Origin: Gemmatimonadales bacterium
Lineage (GTDB): Bacteria; Gemmatimonadota; Gemmatimonadetes; Gemmatimonadales; GWC2-71-9
Reading direction: 5' to 3'
NCBI GenBank assembly: GCA_035488835.1
Contig: DATHKX010000073.1
Coordinates: 30,690 to 94,689 of the forward strand
DNA length: 64,000 nt
Notes under the pieces: model-generated
Told to the model about the DNA's origin: nothing
What the model saw: the letters and a program-made list of their open reading frames with translations, nothing else
Database searches by the model: none
Translations under genes and position numbers: made by a program
Shown here: piece by piece, positions 17,339 through 25,532 of the stretch
Layout: every line of letters begins with the position of its first letter
How positions within the stretch are numbered: position 1 is the stretch's first letter

Positions 17339-18091
17339 TCAACCGCCGTCCGCTTCGGCCAGAGGATGGCCGGTGTGCGCGAGGAACACCTCCTCGAGCG
17401 AGCCGACTCCCGCCGCCTGCTTGAGCGCAGCCGGCGTACCGAGGGCGACGAGTCGTCCGTGATCCAACACGGCGACGCGGTCGCACGGCTCGGCCTCCTC
17501 GACGTAGTGCGTCGTCAGGAGCACGGTGAGGCCGGACGCCGCGCGCAGGCCGCGGATCCGGTCCCACAGCGAGCGGCGCGCGCGCGGGTCGAGCCCGGCC
17601 GTGGGCTCGTCGAGAAACAGGATGCGCGGCTCGTGCAGGATGCCCCGAGCGATGTCGGCGGCGCGCCGCATGCCCCCGGAGAGCGTCCGCACCGAGTCAT
17701 CGCGTCGCTCGAGCAGCTCGAACTGGCGCAACAGCGCGTCGATCCGCGGCCGGGAGGCGCGGTCGGGAAGGCTCCACAGGCGCGCGGCGAAACGCAGGTT
17801 TTCCGCGACCGTGAGGTCGCGATCGAGGGTGGTGTCCTGGAACACGAGCCCGATGCTGCGCCGCACGGCGAGGCCGTCCTGCACGACGTCGTGTCCCGCG
17901 ACGCGCGCCGAGCCGCGCGAGGGCGCAAGCAGCGTCGCGAGCAGGTGAACGGTGGTGGTTTTCCCGGCGCCGTTCGGCCCGAGCAGGCCGAAGAACTCCC
18001 CGTCCCTGACCTCGAGGTCGAGCCGATCGAGCGCGCGGAGCGCCCCGAAGTCCTTGCCGAGTCCGCGGGCGACGATCGCGGCGGCGGTCAT
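17339..18091 (-). CDS. ABC transporter ATP-binding protein (DrrA/NodI-like exporter class)
   Basis: Walker A GPNGAGKTT, signature LSGGMRR, Walker B LFLDEPT. The ATG forms an ATGA overlap with the pqqE stop (18088). Confidence 0.9.
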   Translation of the reverse strand: MTAAAIVARGLGKDFGALRALDRLDLEVRDGEFFGLLGPNGAGKTTTVHLLATLLAPSRGSARVAGHDVVQDGLAVRRSIGLVFQDTTLDRDLTVAENLRFAARLWSLPDRASRPRIDALLRQFELLERRDDSVRTLSGGMRRAADIARGILHEPRILFLDEPTAGLDPRARRSLWDRIRGLRAASGLTVLLTTHYVEEAEPCDRVAVLDHGRLVALGTPAALKQAAGVGSLEEVFLAHTGHPLAEADGG

Positions 18092-19200
18092 CCCTTCGCG
18101 GCGAGCGCGCGCGACGCCGGTGCCGCACGATAGGTCCACTCGGCGGCTTCCGCCGCACGCTCCACCTCGGCGACCGCAGCATCGATCAGGTGGCGGTGGG
18201 GCGACAGCGAGCACACCGGATCGGTCAGGCCCGCGTCGCCTGCCACCAGGAACGCCTGGCAGCGGCAGCCCCCGAAGTCCTGGGTTTTGCGCGGACACGA
18301 CCGGCAGGGCTCGGGCATCCAGGCATCACCCCGGAAGCGCGTGAACGCCTCCGAGTGCTCCCAGATCCACTCGAGCGCGTGTTCGCGCACGTTCTCGAAC
18401 GTGAGGGTCGTGATCCGACCGGCCGCGTGGCACGGCCAGACCTCCCCCGCCGGCGTCACGGTCATGTAGGCGCGCGCCCAGCCGCCCATGCACGGCTTGG
18501 GGTACTGCTCGTAGTAGTCGGGGAGCACCCATACGATCTCGAGCTTCGTCCCGAGTCGCGCGCGCTCGCGCTGGACCACGCGCCAGGCCTCATCGAGCTG
18601 AGCCTTGGTTGGCATCAGGGCATCGCGGTTGTGGAGCGCCCAGCCGTAGAACTGCGTGTTGGCGAGCTCGATGCGCTCGGCGCCGAGCGACTCGGCGAGC
18701 CCGATGAGCGCTGCGACCTGATGCAGGTTGCGGCGGTGCAGCACGACGTTGACGGTGAGCGGGAAGCCCAACTCTCGCGTGTAGCGGTAGGCGGCGATCT
18801 TATCGTTGTACGCTGCCGTCCCCGCGACCGCATCCGAGAGCTCGGCGTCCGCCCCCTGAATGCTGATCTGCACGTGGTCGAGCCCCGCCGCTTTCAGCGC
18901 CGCAAGGCGCTCCTTGGTGAGCCGGTAGGCGGATGTGATGAGGGACGTATAGAGACCGAGCCCGTGCGCCTGACGGACCAGCTCCTCCAAATCGGCGCGC
19001 AGGGTCGGCTCGCCACCCGAGAGCCCGAGCTGTAGCACACCCAGCGCCTTGGCTTCGCGGAACACACGGCACCACTCGTCGGTCGAGAGCTCGCGCTTGA
19101 AGCGCGGGCCCGCGAAGTCGAGCGGATTCGAGCAGTAGGGACACTGCAGCGGACACTTGTAGGTCAGCTCGGCCAGGAGCCACAGCGGCTTAGGGTCCAT
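18088..19200 (-). CDS. pqqE: PQQ biosynthesis radical-SAM protein PqqE
   Basis: Starts MDPKPLWLLAELTYKCPLQCPYCSNP (CX3CX2C). C-terminal SPASM-type cysteines are present. Operon position supports the call. Confidence 0.95.
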   Translation of the reverse strand: MDPKPLWLLAELTYKCPLQCPYCSNPLDFAGPRFKRELSTDEWCRVFREAKALGVLQLGLSGGEPTLRADLEELVRQAHGLGLYTSLITSAYRLTKERLAALKAAGLDHVQISIQGADAELSDAVAGTAAYNDKIAAYRYTRELGFPLTVNVVLHRRNLHQVAALIGLAESLGAERIELANTQFYGWALHNRDALMPTKAQLDEAWRVVQRERARLGTKLEIVWVLPDYYEQYPKPCMGGWARAYMTVTPAGEVWPCHAAGRITTLTFENVREHALEWIWEHSEAFTRFRGDAWMPEPCRSCPRKTQDFGGCRCQAFLVAGDAGLTDPVCSLSPHRHLIDAAVAEVERAAEAAEWTYRAAPASRALAAKG

Positions 19201-19474
19201 ACGTCACCAGCCCCTTCGCGGCCAGTCGATCGAGAAACGTCGTAACGTCGCGCTCGACTCCTCCCCCCGGGGAGCCGTACCGCTGCTCCAGCGCTGCCAC
19301 GACGTCAGCAACCGAGCGGACGCCGTCACACAGCACGAGGATCTCTGCGCCGGTCGGATTCAGCGCCACGAGCCCTTCGGGATAGAGGAGGACGTCCCGC
19401 CCGCGCACGTCATCGTGCTGGAGGCGCGCCTTCGGGTGGAGGCGCGGCACGGTCGGCCGTCCTGCCGCGGTCAC
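19190..19474 (-). CDS. pqqD: PQQ biosynthesis peptide chaperone PqqD
   Basis: GTG start forms a GTGA overlap with the pqqC stop. Sequence: LLYPEGLVALNPTGAEILVLCDGVRSVADVVAALEQRY. Confidence 0.85.
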   Translation of the reverse strand: MTAAGRPTVPRLHPKARLQHDDVRGRDVLLYPEGLVALNPTGAEILVLCDGVRSVADVVAALEQRYGSPGGGVERDVTTFLDRLAAKGLVTYGP

Positions 19475-20184
19475 GGCGCGGTCCCGGGGATGGGCCCCCG
19501 CTCCACGGCGTCGAGCAGGCACCACAGCACGTCGCACTTGAACTCGAGGGCGGCGACGGCCCGCTCTTGCTCCTCCGGCGTGCGGAACCGCTCCGTCACG
19601 AGGCCGAGGGCGTACTCCGCATCACGCGGCGCCTGGGTGAGCCGGTTCTTGAAGTACTGCAGCCCCGCGGGATCCACCCACTTGTAGTGGCTCAGCATCG
19701 CCGACAGCCGCTCCTGAACGATCAGCGGCGCGAACATTTCGGTGAGCGAGGCCGCCACCGCCTCGAGCCAAGGCCGGAACCGGCAGAAGCTCACGTACGC
19801 GTCCACGGCGAAGCGCACGCCGGGCAAAAGAAAACGCTGGCCGACCAGATCCTCGCGCTTCACGCCCATCGCCTCGCCCAGCCGCAGCCACGCCTCGATG
19901 CCGCCTTCCTCCCCCGGCCGACCATCGTGATCGATGATCCGCTGGATCCACTGCTGGCGCACCTCCCGCTCGGGGCAGCTCGACAGGATCAGGGCATCCT
20001 TGATGGGGATGCTGATCTGATAGTAGAAGCGGTTCGCCACCCACAGCTGCAGCTCCTGGCGCGACAGCTCGCCCCGGTGCATCCGCTGGTTGAACGGGTG
20101 GAGGTGGTGGTAGCGGCGCTCCAGTACACCCCGCAGACGGCCGACCAGTCCGTCCACCGCCGGTGAGCCTACCTCTACGCTCAC
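19471..20184 (-). CDS. pqqC: Pyrroloquinoline-quinone synthase PqqC
   Basis: HPFNQRMHRGELSRQELQLWVANRFYYQ is the PqqC family signature region. GTG start forms a GTGA overlap with the pqqB stop. Confidence 0.95.
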   Translation of the reverse strand: MSVEVGSPAVDGLVGRLRGVLERRYHHLHPFNQRMHRGELSRQELQLWVANRFYYQISIPIKDALILSSCPEREVRQQWIQRIIDHDGRPGEEGGIEAWLRLGEAMGVKREDLVGQRFLLPGVRFAVDAYVSFCRFRPWLEAVAASLTEMFAPLIVQERLSAMLSHYKWVDPAGLQYFKNRLTQAPRDAEYALGLVTERFRTPEEQERAVAALEFKCDVLWCLLDAVERGPIPGTAP

Positions 20185-21095
20185 AGCTCGAACTCCATCG
20201 CGTCCTCTCCTACCTCGATGCCCGCCGTCTCGACCCGCGCCCGCTCCGCGGAGCTGCGACACAGGATCGGATTGGTGTTGTTGATGTGGACGAGCACCAC
20301 CCGCTTGGCGTCGAGGCGCGGCAGCAGCTCCAGGCTGCCACCGGGGCCGCCAACCGGGAGATGGCCCATCTCGCGCGCCGTCGGCGCGTCGGCTCCCCCG
20401 CCGGCCGCACCGAGCTCGTCGTCCGACCAGAACGTGCCGTCGAACAACAGGAGATCCGCTCCGCCGGCGACTCGCCGCACGGCGTCATCCATCGCCCCGG
20501 CCGTCGGGACGTAGGCGAGCGTTCCGCCGGTGCGCTCGTCCGTGAGCCGCAGGCCGACGTCGAAGGCCTGAGCCGGCGCGGCGCGGGCGTAGCGCGGCGG
20601 GCGCCGGGCCACCGCCGTCGCTGAGCAGCAGATCCCGAGTGGGCTGCCAGTGCGGTCGGTGAGGGCGATCGGACGGCCCTCCTCGAGGGCCCGCGCGTCG
20701 ACACCTGAGTAGGCGGAGAGCACACGATAAAGCGGCCACTCGTCGCCGAGCAGCGCCGTCACGCCCGCCGGGGCGTACACCGGCAGCCGGTCGGCGCTCT
20801 CCCGCAGCAACAGGAGGCCGAGAGTGTGGTCGATCTCGCCATCGGTAAGCACGACCGCCCGGACGGGCGTCGCGCGGGAGCCGGAAGGGGGCCAGAGAGA
20901 GCGATGGGCAGCGAGCTGGATGCGAAGATCGGGCGAGGCATTCAGGAGAACCCAGCGCGCGCCGTCGGCGCTGACCGCCACCGACGACTGAGTCCGGCCG
21001 CGGCCGTCCTGTCGGGCTTCCGTGCAGTTACGGCAGCCGCAATTCCATTGCGGGACTCCACCACCCGCCGCCGAGCCGAGGATGATAACGCGCAT
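20181..21095 (-). CDS. pqqB: PQQ biosynthesis protein PqqB (metallo-beta-lactamase fold)
   Basis: Starts MRVIILGSAAGGGVPQWNCGCRNC, a typical PqqB N-terminus. Confidence 0.95.
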   Translation of the reverse strand: MRVIILGSAAGGGVPQWNCGCRNCTEARQDGRGRTQSSVAVSADGARWVLLNASPDLRIQLAAHRSLWPPSGSRATPVRAVVLTDGEIDHTLGLLLLRESADRLPVYAPAGVTALLGDEWPLYRVLSAYSGVDARALEEGRPIALTDRTGSPLGICCSATAVARRPPRYARAAPAQAFDVGLRLTDERTGGTLAYVPTAGAMDDAVRRVAGGADLLLFDGTFWSDDELGAAGGGADAPTAREMGHLPVGGPGGSLELLPRLDAKRVVLVHINNTNPILCRSSAERARVETAGIEVGEDAMEFEL

Positions 21096-21103
21096 TGAAC
21101 AAA

Positions 21104-21128
21104 GGGGCCGGGTTCGTCACCCGGCCCC
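21104..21128 (-). promoter_or_regulatory. Perfect 9-bp stem-loop in the pqqA-pqqB spacer
   Basis: GGGGCCGGG-ttcgtca-CCCGGCCCC, located between the pqqA stop (21152) and the pqqB start (21095). Confidence 0.55.
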
Positions 21129-21151
21129 TCGTTAAGCCGTATCCGCTTGGT

Positions 21152-21226
21152 TCAGGCGTTGCCGGCGTACGCGCCGACTTCCATCCCCAGCTCCACGACC
21201 TCAAATTCAGGCTTCGTCCACGTCAT
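21152..21226 (-). CDS. pqqA: PQQ precursor peptide PqqA (24 aa)
   Basis: Not in the ORF track. The minus strand reads GGAGGAAGAGCCA ATG ACG TGG ACG AAG CCT GAA TTT GAG GTC GTG GAG CTG GGG ATG GAA GTC GGC GCG TAC GCC GGC AAC GCC TGA, giving MTWTKPEFEVVELGMEVGAYAGNA. It has the conserved WxKP and E-x3-Y. Confidence 0.9.
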   Translation of the reverse strand: MTWTKPEFEVVELGMEVGAYAGNA

Positions 21227-21285
21227 TGGCTCTTCCTCCGGGGTAAATCGTGGTCAACCACTACGAGCGCTCGCCATCACACCTA

Positions 21286-21301
21286 CGCACGTGACGTGCC
21301 A
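21286..21301 (-). promoter_or_regulatory. Candidate sigma-54 (-24/-12) promoter of pqqA
   Basis: Minus strand reads TGGCACgtcacGTGCg against the consensus TGGCAC-N5-TTGCW. The GG and GC are correctly spaced. It lies 60 nt upstream of the pqqA ATG. Confidence 0.5.
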
Positions 21302-21406
21302 CCTGTCGGCCGCAAGTTCGTAAAACCCAACGCACACGGATGTCGACACTTAACGCGTACACCCGCCAGTGCTGTCCCCCGCTGACGAGGCAGTGCGGTG
21401 AGTCAT

Positions 21407-21425
21407 TTCACCCAACGTGGGTGAA
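21407..21425. promoter_or_regulatory. Perfect palindrome TTCACCCA-ACG-TGGGTGAA: candidate enhancer-binding-protein site or terminator hairpin
   Basis: 8+3+8 inverted repeat about 105-125 nt upstream of the sigma-54-like element. An extra CACCCAAC half-site lies at 21428-21435. The palindrome begins 18 nt past the response-regulator stop. Confidence 0.4.
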
Positions 21426-21442
21426 TACACCCAACCCGTGCA

Positions 21443-22846
21443 TCAAGGCTGCAGGCCGAACTTCTTGAGACGATAGCGCAGCGTGTCGCGCGAGATTCCG
21501 AGACGCTGCGCGGCCTTCGTTTGGTTTCCGCCGGCCTCGCGCATCGCGCGCTCGATCATGGCCTTCTCCCAGTGAGCGAGATCGACGCCCTGTGGCGGCA
21601 GCGCCGGTGCACCGGCGGCCGCGTCGGCTTCGGCCGGCGGGTTGTGGTGCGCCGCCACCGCGTTGTGGTCGGGGCTCGTGAGCGAGAGGTGCTCCACGTC
21701 CAGCATCGGACCCCGGCTCCACAGCACCGCCCGCTCGATCACGTGGCTGAGCTCGCGGACGTTGCCGGGCCACGGATACGACAGCAACATCTCGCGCGCC
21801 GGCGCGCTGATCTCTCGCACCGTCTTTCCGTACTTGGCATTGAGGAGTCGCAAGTAGTGGTCGGTGAGAAGCAGCACGTCCTCACCCCGCTCCCGCAACG
21901 GCGGCATGACCAGGACGATCACCGCGAGGCGGAAATAGAGATCGCGGCGGAATCGCTCACGGCTCGCTTCGCGCTCGAGATCGCGGTTCGTCGCAGCGAT
22001 AATGCGCACATCGACCTTGCGCTCGCGGACACTCCCGACGCGCCGCACCGTCCGCTCCTCGATGGCCCGCAGCAGCTTGCCCTGCACCGAGAGATCCACG
22101 TCGCCGATCTCGTCGAGGAACAGAAACCCACCCTCGGCGGCTTCGACCAGACCGGTCTTCGACTCCTTGGCATCCGTGAACGCGCCGCGCTCGTAGCCGA
22201 ACAGCTCCGCCTCCATGAGGTTTGCCGGGAGGGCCGTACAGTTGACCTCGATGAACGGCTTGGATGCGCGAGGGCCGGCGGCGTGGATGGCGTGCGCGAG
22301 GATACCCTTCCCGGTGCCCGTCTCGCCCGTCAGCAGCACAGGCGGCGTGTCCTCCAGCGCGGCGATCTGGCGCGCCCGCTCGAGCACCGCATGGACGGCG
22401 GGCGACTCGCCCACCATGGTCGCAAACCCGACGTCCCGCGTCGCGCGGCGGCGGTAGTACGACAGCTCCTGCTTGAGCAGTCGGTTCTCGCGAGCGCGGT
22501 CGGCCAGGAGCTTCAGCTCCTCGAGGTCCACCGGCTTTTTGACGTAGTCGAAGGCGCCGAGCTTGACGGCCTCGACGGCGCCCTCGATGGAGCCGTAGGC
22601 CGTCAGCATGATCACGGGGAGCACGGGATCGAACTCGCGGATCCGCTTCAGGAGATCGATGCCGCTCATCCCGGGGAGCCGCACGTCCGCAAAGACGACA
22701 TCCGGCTGGAGGCTTTCGAGCAGCTCGAGCGCCTTCTCGCCGGAGGCCGCCACCTCAGCTTCGAAGCCGTGGTCCGCCAGGAACGCCTTGGCCGACCGGG
22801 CCAGGGTCTGCTCGTCATCCACGATCAGCACGGTCGAGCCGTTCAT
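21443..22846 (-). CDS. Sigma-54-dependent response regulator (NtrC family: REC, AAA+ and Fis-type HTH domains)
   Basis: Receiver domain VLIVDDE...DVVFADVRLPGMSG. Walker A GETGTGKG. Sigma-54 contact loop GAFTDA. Walker B FLDEIG. C-terminal HTH AAQRLGISRDTLRYRLKKFGL. Confidence 0.92.
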   Translation of the reverse strand: MNGSTVLIVDDEQTLARSAKAFLADHGFEAEVAASGEKALELLESLQPDVVFADVRLPGMSGIDLLKRIREFDPVLPVIMLTAYGSIEGAVEAVKLGAFDYVKKPVDLEELKLLADRARENRLLKQELSYYRRRATRDVGFATMVGESPAVHAVLERARQIAALEDTPPVLLTGETGTGKGILAHAIHAAGPRASKPFIEVNCTALPANLMEAELFGYERGAFTDAKESKTGLVEAAEGGFLFLDEIGDVDLSVQGKLLRAIEERTVRRVGSVRERKVDVRIIAATNRDLEREASRERFRRDLYFRLAVIVLVMPPLRERGEDVLLLTDHYLRLLNAKYGKTVREISAPAREMLLSYPWPGNVRELSHVIERAVLWSRGPMLDVEHLSLTSPDHNAVAAHHNPPAEADAAAGAPALPPQGVDLAHWEKAMIERAMREAGGNQTKAAQRLGISRDTLRYRLKKFGLQP

Positions 22847-24327
22847 GAGAGACTCCGCACTGGCGTCGGCGCGGTGTCGCCACTGGCAACGGGCAGCCAG
22901 ATGCGCACCGTCGTGCCGTGGCCGATCCGACTGGCGATCTCCAGGCGGCCGCCGGTTTCCTCGACGTAGCGCTTCGCGATGGCCAGGCCCAGGCCCGTTC
23001 CCTCGGGTCGGGTCGTGAAGAACGGCTCACACAAATTGGGCAGGATCTCCGCCGCAATTCCCGGCCCCGAATCGGTGATCTCGAGCAACACCCCGTCGGC
23101 GCCTCCCTCACCGTTCTGAGATTGGGCCGCGATCTCGAGCCGTCCACCGTCCGACATGGCGTCGAGCGCGTTGGAAATGATCTCGGTCAACGCCTGCTCC
23201 AACCGCATAGGATCGACCCGGATTTCGCGCAGTGTCGGGGGAACGGCCAGCCCCAGCTCGACGCGGCGTTGGCCCAGTAGCTCGGTGAAACCGGAGAGCG
23301 CGCCGTCCACGAGTGATCGTACACTCTCCCGCAGCGGACGGAAGGGAGCGGGGCGCGAGAAGGTCAACAGGTGGGCGATCCGGTTATCGAGACGATCGAC
23401 CTGCTCGATGATCGCGTTCAGCGGTTCGCGCGCGGCGGGGCCCTCGACGCGGTGCTGCGCAAGCTGCGCCGCAGCACGCAGGCTCGCGAGTGGATTCCGG
23501 AGGCCGTGGGCCACCCCCGCGGCCATCTGGCCGATGGAGGCCAGCTTCTCGGACTGTACCAGCTGCGCGTGGGATTGGCGGAGCTGCTCGGTCATCTGCG
23601 CGAAGGCGCGTGCCAGGTCGCCGATCTCGTCCGCGGAGCGCGGCTCGATCGCGTGGTCCAGGTCGCCCGCGCCGACGACGGCCATCGCGTGCCGCAGCTC
23701 GTTGAGGGGACGCGCCAGGCTGCGGGAGATGATCCACGACGCGGTCAAACCGGCAACCAGGGCGAGCAGGATGATCGACCAGAGAACGCGTCGCTCCGTC
23801 GCCACAATGGTAGCCACCTGGGAAAACGCGCGCTGCACGCTGTACTCGCGGGCCTGGCGGTAGATCTCCCGGTTCACCTCCGCCAGGGCGGGCTGCAGGC
23901 GCTCCACGAGCTCTTGCCGTGCGGTGAGGTAGGCCGCCTCGCGCTGCCCGGAGTCGTACAGCTTGAACACGCGTCCCGCGACGTCTCGGATGTCGGTCTC
24001 GATTTTGCGAACGCCGTCCGCGAGCTTCAGATCCCCGGAGGGAAGTCCCGCCGCCCAACGATCAAGCCAGAAGTCCACGACCTGTTCGGTGAGTGGGAAT
24101 TCCTTCTTGGCCGCGGGATCTCCGCTCAAGTAGCGCCAGACCACCTGGGTCTGGTTGAACATCGCGTCTTCGACTTCGGCGTACGTGCGGGAGTGGGCGA
24201 GGCGCTGGCCGAGCGCCTCGAGCGTCCCGCCCTCGAGCGCGTTGGTGCGAATCGCCTGGATTCCCACGAACAGCGTGGGGAGGACCATGAGGGAGAAGCC
24301 GAGCAGCAGCTTGCGTTGGAGGGTCAC
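22843..24327 (-). CDS. Sensor histidine kinase (two TM helices, HAMP, HisKA, HATPase)
   Basis: H-box AAGVAHGLRNPLASL. G-boxes DSGPGI and GTGLGLAIAKR. Its stop forms an ATGA overlap with the regulator start. Confidence 0.87.
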   Translation of the reverse strand: MTLQRKLLLGFSLMVLPTLFVGIQAIRTNALEGGTLEALGQRLAHSRTYAEVEDAMFNQTQVVWRYLSGDPAAKKEFPLTEQVVDFWLDRWAAGLPSGDLKLADGVRKIETDIRDVAGRVFKLYDSGQREAAYLTARQELVERLQPALAEVNREIYRQAREYSVQRAFSQVATIVATERRVLWSIILLALVAGLTASWIISRSLARPLNELRHAMAVVGAGDLDHAIEPRSADEIGDLARAFAQMTEQLRQSHAQLVQSEKLASIGQMAAGVAHGLRNPLASLRAAAQLAQHRVEGPAAREPLNAIIEQVDRLDNRIAHLLTFSRPAPFRPLRESVRSLVDGALSGFTELLGQRRVELGLAVPPTLREIRVDPMRLEQALTEIISNALDAMSDGGRLEIAAQSQNGEGGADGVLLEITDSGPGIAAEILPNLCEPFFTTRPEGTGLGLAIAKRYVEETGGRLEIASRIGHGTTVRIWLPVASGDTAPTPVRSLS

Positions 24328-24359
24328 AGGGACATCGTCGTGGGGCTCATGGTTCGAAG

Positions 24360-25532
24360 CTAGGCTCCGTCGGTAGCCTGCGCGAGCACCTCATCGAGCG
24401 TCTCCAGCGTTCGGTCGACCGTCTCCTCATCATGCGCCAACGACACGAAGTTGTACGCGGTCCGCTTGAATAATAGGCCACGCGCCGCACACCTCCGCGC
24501 CACATCCCGCGAGATATTCTCGCTCGCAAAATGGAGAAAGCACATCTCCGCGATCCCGCCGACGCCCGTCACCACGTCGGCGTGCTTGCGGTGCAGGCGA
24601 TGGAGCCCATGCAGCAATCGCGTGCCCATCCGGTGCAGGTGCCCGCACACATCCTCATGCGCGAATACTTCCAGCGTCGCCTGCGCCGCGGCGAGCGCCA
24701 CACTCTCGGTCGCGAGCGTGGACGAGATCCACGTGCGGGCAACGCCGGCCATCAGGTCCGCTCGTCCACCCACCACCGCGAGCGGAAACCCGTTCGCCAT
24801 GGCCTTACCCAGCGCCACGAGATCGGGCCGCACGCCATAACGCTCGGCGGCGCCGCCGATCGCCAGCCGGAACGCGGTCTTGATCTCGTCGAACACGAGC
24901 ACCGCGCCCACCCGGGTCGCCTCCTCGCGCACCACCTCGAGCCACTCGCGCGTGGGCTCGATCACGACCACCGGCTCGACGACGACCACGGCGAGGCGGT
25001 CGCCCGTTTCGCGGATCAGGCGCCGGGTGCCATCGACATCGTTGAAGGGGATCTCGCCGTACAGTGCCCGAGTCGCCGCGGGCACTCCTTCCCCTCCCTG
25101 CGACCAGTCGAGCCAGCCATGATATCCGCAGCCGAGCACCCGCTCGCGTCCCGTCGCCACGCGGGCGAGCCGGACCGCCGCCGCCACGGCCTCCGCACCC
25201 GTCTTCAAGAACCGCATCTGCTCGAGCCACGGGATCCGCATGGCGAGCGCATCGGCCAGCTCTTCCTCGAGCACCGGCGGCAGCGGCCCGACGACGCCGG
25301 CCGCGATCGCCTGCTCGGCAGCGCGGTTCACGTCCGGGTGGCCGTAGCCGAGCGCCACCGCGCCGAGTGCCATCACGTAGTCGAGGTACTCGCGGCCCTC
25401 GGCATCCCACACGCGGCACCCCGCCGCGCGCGTCATGCGCGTCGGCAGTCCCGCGTCCAGGTCGGCGCCGAACAGCGCGTCGGGCCGCTTGCTACCGGTC
25501 GACGTGAAGCCGGGAACGCGCCAGTCGCTCAC
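24360..25532 (-). CDS. Class-III (PLP) aminotransferase / glutamate-1-semialdehyde aminomutase-like
   Basis: Segments STGSKRP, GYGHP, GAEAVAAAVRLAR, FDEIKTAFR, and the lysine context LGKAMANGFPL. Confidence 0.82.
   Translation of the reverse strand: MSDWRVPGFTSTGSKRPDALFGADLDAGLPTRMTRAAGCRVWDAEGREYLDYVMALGAVALGYGHPDVNRAAEQAIAAGVVGPLPPVLEEELADALAMRIPWLEQMRFLKTGAEAVAAAVRLARVATGRERVLGCGYHGWLDWSQGGEGVPAATRALYGEIPFNDVDGTRRLIRETGDRLAVVVVEPVVVIEPTREWLEVVREEATRVGAVLVFDEIKTAFRLAIGGAAERYGVRPDLVALGKAMANGFPLAVVGGRADLMAGVARTWISSTLATESVALAAAQATLEVFAHEDVCGHLHRMGTRLLHGLHRLHRKHADVVTGVGGIAEMCFLHFASENISRDVARRCAARGLLFKRTAYNFVSLAHDEETVDRTLETLDEVLAQATDGA

Noticed and set aside
21251-21258. TTGACC hexamer (minus strand) upstream of pqqA as a sigma-70 -35 box
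   Set aside because: No TATAAT-like -10 follows at 16-18 bp. A transcript starting there would remove the Shine-Dalgarno region. The sigma-54-like element is the better candidate.
21095-21385. 96-aa plus-strand ORF between pqqB and the response regulator
   Set aside because: It is antisense to the convincing pqqA mini-gene and to the pqqA promoter region. It has no recognisable motifs and is a shadow ORF.
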